Below are positions 58,523-64,000 of a stretch of DNA of 64,000 bases, in pieces. The notes beneath the pieces were generated by a model. The model did no database searches and was not told the DNA's origin. It was given only the letters and a program-made list of their open reading frames with translations. Position 1 is the stretch's first letter, and each line of letters starts with the position of its first letter. The DNA comes from an uncultured Clostridia bacterium (GTDB taxonomy: Bacteria; Bacillota; Dehalobacteriia; UBA4068), in contig CALXRV010000011.1 of the NCBI GenBank assembly GCA_944390945.1, positions 37,977 through 101,976 of the forward strand, read 5' to 3'. The position numbers were made by a program, and so were the translations under genes.

Positions 58523-60008
58523 AAAAAGCGCTCCCTTCCACCCGAACCTGTACCCCGTCTGCCTGCAGCAGACGATACATCATCTCTTCGAAAGACGGGT
58601 CCACCGTCATTTTGGTGATCGAAAAAGTTGCCGTGTCCGCAAACGTGACCATCGCACAGCTGGCACGGTTGCTGATCTCAGGCCCCAACACAAAATCCAT
58701 GCTTTCAATCTCTGCCGCATATGCTGGCGGCAGGCTCACCACGCCAAGGTTGGAAAGCGTATTGCTGAAAATCGTATCCCCCAGAAAGCCATATACCAGG
58801 CTGGCCACCGGTTGCTTGATCTCCAGCGGCACATATTTCAACATGCCGACAAGCTGCTCCGTCGCAGCCAGCATCTCCCCCATCGCCGCCTGCGAAGCCT
58901 TTTCCGCCATCTGTTGCGTAATATTTTCGACCAACGCCGGAATATCCGCCTCCATGCTCAGCGGCTGACGGATGCCGCAATAAAGCGCAAAATTACGCAC
59001 AGTTGGCGAAGGATAAAATTTCCGCATATTTACCGGCACCTGAATGCTGGCCTCGCCTGTGGTTTCATCTGTAGCTGCCCGCCCAGACAGGAACATCAAC
59101 GCCAGCAGATAGACGGTCACCGTACCATGATATCTGGCCGCCGCCGCCTTCAGCGCAGCTGCATCCATTTTGAAATGCAGAATACGGCAAGGCTTTTGTT
59201 TGGCCAGTTGGCCGCTCATCTGCACAGCAGGCTTATCGACAAAACCGGAAGTTTTTTCGCTATGCGGCACGCGTGCAAATTCATTGGCATATTCCGCAGG
59301 CAGCGGCAGATCATCACTGTCCCAGAGCGTATCGTCCGCCTCAGCCTGCACGCCGGTCAAACGCAGATATTCCGCTGCCAGCGTTTTCAGAAAAACCATG
59401 CCGCCCGTACCATCGGTCAGCACATGGAAAAATTCCACGCTAATCCTGTTACGATAATACAGCACGCGAAAAGACTGCGAGCCGCTGTGCGAAATTTTCA
59501 ACGGACGGCAGGGAATTTCATGCTCTTCTTCCACGCAATAACGGCGTTTTGCCGTATCAAGATAATGCCAGAAAAACCCCTTTTTCAGCGTGGTGGCAAA
59601 GCTGGGGAACCGCTTGATGGTAAAAGTCAACGCCATTTGCAGCAGGATGGGGACGACCGGCTGCCGCAAATAAACAGAAAGGCGGAAAACTGCCATCCGA
59701 TTCTGTTTCATGGAAAGTGGGTAGATCTTTGCTGCATCATCCAGAGCAAACCATAATACGGCCGGCCTGGCATAAAAACCGCCCAACCGTTCTGGTGCTA
59801 CGCGTTCCAATGCCTGCTCCAATGCCACCCCGTTGTCAAGATAATAGAGGATCGCCGCCTCAAAATCTTCGCGCAGCCGCTGCTTTTCCCATTTACCCAG
59901 CCGGCAGTGGCAGTCAAAACCCGCCCAAAAAGCGTCGATGCGTGCCTGCGCAGCATGCGTCAACCCAGCATAGAACTTATCAAAACGGCTTTGTATCTTT
60001 TCCTTCAT
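58512..60008 (-). CDS. Condensation-domain-like acyltransferase (HxxxDG active-site motif; WS/DGAT / PapA5 / CAT-like fold)
   Basis: 498 aa. FHVLTDGTGG carries the HxxxDG catalytic motif. Start at ATG (MKEKIQSRF) with GGAGAG SD. Confidence 0.55.
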   Translation of the reverse strand: MKEKIQSRFDKFYAGLTHAAQARIDAFWAGFDCHCRLGKWEKQRLREDFEAAILYYLDNGVALEQALERVAPERLGGFYARPAVLWFALDDAAKIYPLSMKQNRMAVFRLSVYLRQPVVPILLQMALTFTIKRFPSFATTLKKGFFWHYLDTAKRRYCVEEEHEIPCRPLKISHSGSQSFRVLYYRNRISVEFFHVLTDGTGGMVFLKTLAAEYLRLTGVQAEADDTLWDSDDLPLPAEYANEFARVPHSEKTSGFVDKPAVQMSGQLAKQKPCRILHFKMDAAALKAAAARYHGTVTVYLLALMFLSGRAATDETTGEASIQVPVNMRKFYPSPTVRNFALYCGIRQPLSMEADIPALVENITQQMAEKASQAAMGEMLAATEQLVGMLKYVPLEIKQPVASLVYGFLGDTIFSNTLSNLGVVSLPPAYAAEIESMDFVLGPEISNRASCAMVTFADTATFSITKMTVDPSFEEMMYRLLQADGVQVRVEGSAFYGD

Positions 60009-60260
60009 CGCATCTCTCCATCTGTTATTCTTCCAGCAGAATCCGCCTGCCCATGCGGTAATAGAACGCCACAAATCATGTAAATCAAGGGCTGAACCAA
60101 AGCCTTAATAAATTATTTTATCATGATCCCCGGCTGGGGTAAAGGGGAAACCTGACAACAGCTCCCGCACTATACATCTTCCCTGCCACGATCATCATCG
60201 TTTTGCCGGTAGCCCCAGATGCCAGCCAAATGGATACTGAACCGCGCACTAAACCACACC

Positions 60261-60300
60261 AAAAAACAGCCGCCTTTCCCTTGGTAAAGGCAAAAGCGGC
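60261..60300 (-). terminator. Rho-independent terminator after the DUF364 gene (GCCGCTTTTGCC...GGGAAAGGCGGC hairpin, then TGTTTTTTG on the minus strand)
   Basis: Hairpin with 10 of 12 positions paired, followed by a T-run on the minus strand. Confidence 0.5.
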
Positions 60301-60355
60301 AGCTTTTCTCTATAACGTCGCCTGGTTGCAAATCATGCCAATCCGCTTCCACTGC

Positions 60356-61105
60356 TTAAATGCGTTCCAGCAGCTTCATGCTGGCACGGGAAAAATCCAT
60401 CCCACCGCCGCCCTGCGCGGCAATACGCATGGCCGCCGCCGCGTCGGTAACCCGTGTACCTGCCAGCACAGTCACGCCAGCATCGCGCAGAATCTCTGGA
60501 CACATCGGCGTGCTTGCGCCGACGACGATCACCTCCCGCGCCCGGCTGCAGCAGGACAGGATCGCATCTGCAGTCTGATTGACAAATGAAGTGCCGGTCA
60601 TTACTACGATATCGCATTGCGGCAGCAAAGCGGCCTCCTCTTCTTCCGGCAGAATCTCCGCATGCCCAGCACTGCCGGCCTTACGGCCGCGTTCAAAAAT
60701 ATAAAGATGCTTTGCCTTCTGGAATTTCCAGACCAACGGGCAAAAATAGCCGACCATACCCACCACTTCTTCCGCCTGACAGTCAAGCGCTTCCGCAATA
60801 TTCGGCCCGGCAGAAAAACGCCGGTTCAATACCGCATTGATCGTCGCCATACCCACCGCCGCCGCGGCAAGGTTCCGGCTTCCTGCCCAGCCGATTGCCT
60901 CAGCAGCCTGCATGCCGGTCAAAGAACCTGCCTTCTGCAGCACGCCGCAGCTCGCGCCCAAGTCATGACGAAAAGTATAGCTCAGACCGCCACTGTCGTC
61001 GGAAAGCCGAACACAGGTATAGCCCACGCCTACGCATAAATCCTCCACCTGCAACCCGTCTGCCATTGCTGCGGCAAAATCTGCGATCCGCTCCGTTAGA
61101 CTCAT
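60356..61105 (-). CDS. DUF4213/DUF364-family protein (Rossmann-like, putative heavy-metal chelation domain)
   Basis: 249-aa protein. Start at ATG (MSLTERIADF) with a GGGAGAGGGG SD. The family assignment rests on overall sequence character and is only moderately certain. Confidence 0.5.
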   Translation of the reverse strand: MSLTERIADFAAAMADGLQVEDLCVGVGYTCVRLSDDSGGLSYTFRHDLGASCGVLQKAGSLTGMQAAEAIGWAGSRNLAAAAVGMATINAVLNRRFSAGPNIAEALDCQAEEVVGMVGYFCPLVWKFQKAKHLYIFERGRKAGSAGHAEILPEEEEAALLPQCDIVVMTGTSFVNQTADAILSCCSRAREVIVVGASTPMCPEILRDAGVTVLAGTRVTDAAAAMRIAAQGGGGMDFSRASMKLLERI

Positions 61106-61181
61106 CTTCAAATCCCCTCTCCCAACCATAAAACGCCACTTTTTACCTGTATGTAGTATATGGCATATGCCATTTATCTTA

Positions 61182-61209
61182 ATTGTACACTCCTGCGGTA
61201 AAAAGTCAA
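61182..61209 (-). promoter_or_regulatory. Promoter for the DUF364 gene: -35 TTGACT, 16 nt, -10 TACAAT
   Basis: Minus-strand reading gives TTGACTttttaccgcaggagtgTACAAT. Confidence 0.5.
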
Positions 61210-61336
61210 GCGGCTGCACAGTCAACAGCAACAGAAAAGCGAGCGTACAACTACCGCCCGCCTTTCACCAATGAATTTTTTACCGGGCAGCATTCCCTTG
61301 TCCTGCCCGCATCCTGCTCGGCTTCCTTCTTCCCGG

Positions 61337-61537
61337 CTATACCCGGCCGACCAGCGCGCCAGGCAAAAACCGTTCATCAAGAAAATCCGCCGGGTTGGTA
61401 GAAAGCAATGCCTCCACCCGGCCCTGCCGCACCATCACCTGCCGGTTCAGATAACGAATCAAAAGTGCGGCAGGTGGCTGGCCGCGCTGCGCTGGCTGCG
61501 AAAAGATCAATTCTTCCGGTATCACACTCCAGATCAT
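61337..61537 (-). CDS. ylzJ: Small protein, YlzJ-like candidate (downstream partner of tepA)
   Basis: 66-aa ORF whose ATG overlaps the tepA stop (ATGA). The position after rnj(ymfA)-tepA(ymfB) matches the B. subtilis tepA-ylzJ arrangement. Confidence 0.4.
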   Translation of the reverse strand: MIWSVIPEELIFSQPAQRGQPPAALLIRYLNRQVMVRQGRVEALLSTNPADFLDERFLPGALVGRV

Positions 61538-62403
61538 GCCGGACCACCACCCTTTGCACGGCGGCGTACATGTCCCCGAGCGCTCCCTGCTGGTGCGGGC
61601 TTGGCCGCCTCTGCTGCCGGCACGTCATTAGCGATCTGCTGCCGCAGCCAGGCCAGGGCATCACCCAGGCCGCCCAATTCATCGATCAGACCGCATTCCA
61701 CTGCGCCACGGCCGACCACGACTGTGCCAACATCACGCGCCAGCTCACCGACGGTCGTCATCATCCGCTTGAATTCTTCCGACGAAATCGCAGAATGCGC
61801 AGTAACAAAGTTGATCACCCGATCCTGCATCCGTTCCAGATAATCAAAAGATTGCTGCACACCAACGACCATGCCGGTCAGGCGGATCGGATGAATGGTC
61901 ATCGTCGCTGTGGAAGCGATAAATGAACGATCTGCCGCAACTGCGATCGGTACACCAATCGAATGCCCGCCACCCAGCACCAGCGAAACCGTAGGCTTTG
62001 ACATCGAAGCAACCAACTCCGCGATAGCAAGGCCGGCCTCCACATCGCCGCCTACCGTATTAAGGATGACGATTAGCCCCTTGATATCCGGACTTTCCTC
62101 CACTGCCACCAGCTGTGGGATGATATGCTCATATTTCGTCGTCTTATTTTGCGGCGGCATAACCAGGTGCCCCTCAACCTGTCCGATAATACTGATGACG
62201 TGGATATCGCTGTTAATCCGCGGCAGATTGAGCTGGCCAAAATCATTGATATTCTCACGCTCCTGCTCAACAGGTGCGTCGTTTTCCGGCGCCGATTCCG
62301 GTTCCGGCAGTTCCGGCAAGTCATCCGGATTCACTTCGTTACGCAGGCAAGGGTAAGCAGAAAGCATGTTCCTGCCCTGCGCAGCATCATGCAAACGATC
62401 CAA
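61534..62403 (-). CDS. tepA: ClpP-family translocation-enhancing protein TepA (ymfB-like)
   Basis: ClpP-fold motifs IIGQVEGH and [19 protein letters not shown], with a TepA-like acidic N-terminal extension. TTG start with GGAGG SD. Confidence 0.75.
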   Translation of the reverse strand: MDRLHDAAQGRNMLSAYPCLRNEVNPDDLPELPEPESAPENDAPVEQERENINDFGQLNLPRINSDIHVISIIGQVEGHLVMPPQNKTTKYEHIIPQLVAVEESPDIKGLIVILNTVGGDVEAGLAIAELVASMSKPTVSLVLGGGHSIGVPIAVAADRSFIASTATMTIHPIRLTGMVVGVQQSFDYLERMQDRVINFVTAHSAISSEEFKRMMTTVGELARDVGTVVVGRGAVECGLIDELGGLGDALAWLRQQIANDVPAAEAAKPAPAGSARGHVRRRAKGGGPA

Positions 62404-62431
62404 GCTGTAGCCTCCTTTTCAGAGGCGCCGC

Positions 62432-64000
62432 CTACATCACCGAGACCGCCACCATGATCACAGGCCTGCGCCCGGTACGCTCGATTACGAACTTACTGAG
62501 CTGCGAACGAATCTGGTTACGCAGATCATTGATATTGCTGTCGGCAAGACGTTCCGGCGTAGACAACGCCACCACTTTCTCCTTCATCTCACCGATAATA
62601 TGCTCATATTCCTTCTCAAATATGAATCCGCGCGTTAGAATATCCGGGCCGGCGACCAGCTTCGGCACTGGGGAACGGCCACGGCCGCGTTCATGGGAAT
62701 AGGTCATGGAAACGACGATTACGCCGCCCTCTGAAAGCTGGCGCCGTTCACGCAGCACGGTGGCGCCGACATCGCCCACGCCCAAGCCATCGACAAAAAC
62801 ACGTCCGCTTTCCACACTGCGCGTTGCACGATAGCTGCGGCGCGCCAATTCCAAAACCTGACCGTTTTCCATCACAATCGTATTTTCTGCTGCCATACCC
62901 ACCTGCTGCGCCAGCATCGCATGCTTTTGCAGCATATGATGTTCACCATGGATCGGCATAAAATAGCGCGGTTTAGCCAGGTTGAGCAACAGCTTCAGCT
63001 CCTCCTGGCTGGCATGCCCGGAAACATGGATATGCTGCGCACGTTCATAATATACATAAGCACCGCGACGGAAAAGGTTGTCTACCGTCCGGCTGACCAT
63101 ACGGTCGTTGCCTGGAATCGGCGTAGCGGAAATCACGACGGTGTCGCCCTCACGAATCTGCACCTGCTTATGCTCGCCGGCAGCCATCCGCGTTAGGCCG
63201 GCCATCATCTCGCCCTGCGAACCGGTGGTCAGGATGACCGTCTGATCTGCCGGCATGTCCTGAATGCGCTCAATATCTACCAACGTTTTGTCCGGCACTT
63301 CCAGATAGCCCATCGCTGCAGCGATCGCCGTCATATTCTGCATACCACGACCACAGACCGCAACTTTGCGCCCGGCCTTGAATGCAGCCTGCATCACCTG
63401 CTGCACACGATGCACATGCGAAGCGAATGTGGTGACGATGATCCTGCCCGGTGCATTGAAAAAAATGCGCTCCAGATTCGCACCCACGCTGCGCTCGCTG
63501 CCGGTAAATCCTTCCCGCTCCGCATTCGTACTGTCGCTCATCAGCAGCAGCACGCCTTTTTCTCCCAGAGCGGATATCCGTCCAAAATCCATCTGCTTGC
63601 CATCGATCGGGGAAAGATCCATCTTAAAATCGCTGATCAGCAGAATAACGCCGACCGGCGTCGTCACTGCCAGCCCCATCGTATCCGGAATACTGTGCGT
63701 CAGACGAACGAACTCCACACGAAACAGTCCGGCCGTGACTTCCTCCCGTGGCGCAACCTGTCGCAAATCGGCATTGATGCGATGCTCATTGAGCTTGCCG
63801 CGCAGCAGACCCAGGGTCAACGGAGCGCTGTAGACCGGTGCCTGAATATCATTCAAAATATATGGCATGGCTCCGATATGGTCTTCATGGCCATGCGTAA
63901 GGAAAAAGGCGCGAACCTTATCCTTGTTCTCGATCAAATAACTATAGTCCGGGATCACCAGATCCACGCCAAACATATCGTTTTCTGGAAAGGAAACGCC
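62432..64000 (-). CDS. rnj: Ribonuclease J (metallo-beta-lactamase/beta-CASP), 5'-truncated by the window edge
   Basis: HGHEDH metallo-beta-lactamase motif and beta-CASP region. The reading frame continues to the window end at 64000. Confidence 0.85.
   Translation of the reverse strand, partial: GVSFPENDMFGVDLVIPDYSYLIENKDKVRAFFLTHGHEDHIGAMPYILNDIQAPVYSAPLTLGLLRGKLNEHRINADLRQVAPREEVTAGLFRVEFVRLTHSIPDTMGLAVTTPVGVILLISDFKMDLSPIDGKQMDFGRISALGEKGVLLLMSDSTNAEREGFTGSERSVGANLERIFFNAPGRIIVTTFASHVHRVQQVMQAAFKAGRKVAVCGRGMQNMTAIAAAMGYLEVPDKTLVDIERIQDMPADQTVILTTGSQGEMMAGLTRMAAGEHKQVQIREGDTVVISATPIPGNDRMVSRTVDNLFRRGAYVYYERAQHIHVSGHASQEELKLLLNLAKPRYFMPIHGEHHMLQKHAMLAQQVGMAAENTIVMENGQVLELARRSYRATRSVESGRVFVDGLGVGDVGATVLRERRQLSEGGVIVVSMTYSHERGRGRSPVPKLVAGPDILTRGFIFEKEYEHIIGEMKEKVVALSTPERLADSNINDLRNQIRSQLSKFVIERTGRRPVIMVAVSVM

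Noticed and set aside
61271-61843. 190-aa plus-strand ORF
   Set aside because: Antisense to tepA and ylzJ. Pro/Ala/Arg-rich translation from the GC-rich strand.

Overview
This 64 kb window is chromosomal DNA, about 55% GC, with GGAGG-type ribosome-binding sites. It most likely comes from a spore-forming Firmicute of the Clostridia type, because an rnj–tepA–ylzJ germination module is present. Gene density is high. From left to right the window holds:
- an orphan promoter-to-terminator unit (182–806) with no convincing ORF
- an atypical orphan OmpR-type response regulator and a small ribbon-helix-helix (RHH) gene
- a paaK (phenylacetate-CoA ligase) gene followed by an ACT-domain gene
- a five-gene LivKHMGF-type ABC importer
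- carA and a carB that is fused in frame to a DapF-like domain whose first catalytic cysteine is asparagine
- bioY preceded by a BirA-operator palindrome
- an OmpR-family response regulator/sensor kinase pair
- deoC
- an NhaC-family transporter whose leader is a lysine riboswitch (L-box), which marks it as a LysW-type lysine transporter
- upp and a uracil permease whose leader has a terminator/antiterminator attenuator
- lplA
- a 1079-aa EndoQ-like PHP nuclease fused to a UvrD-family helicase
- tgt
- a SAM-dependent methyltransferase
- a four-subunit (delta-alpha-beta-gamma) 2-oxoacid:ferredoxin oxidoreductase, directly followed on the same strand by a 12-gene Mrp-antiporter-linked group 4 [NiFe]-hydrogenase operon (Mbh-like)
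- hypEDCFBA maturation genes lying immediately downstream of, and overlapping, ligA, which follows pcrA
- a cell-wall hydrolase with an SH3b domain, a YibE/F membrane protein, a GNAT acetyltransferase and a threonine-aldolase-like enzyme
- an HxxxDG acyltransferase overlapping a small membrane protein
- a DUF364 protein
- tepA–ylzJ and a 5'-truncated RNase J gene.
No rRNA genes, CRISPR arrays or mobile elements were found; no tRNA was seen, but tRNAs were only spot-checked in the larger intergenic regions. Every annotation rests on reading motifs in the translations and on manual promoter, RBS and hairpin inspection. No database search was run.
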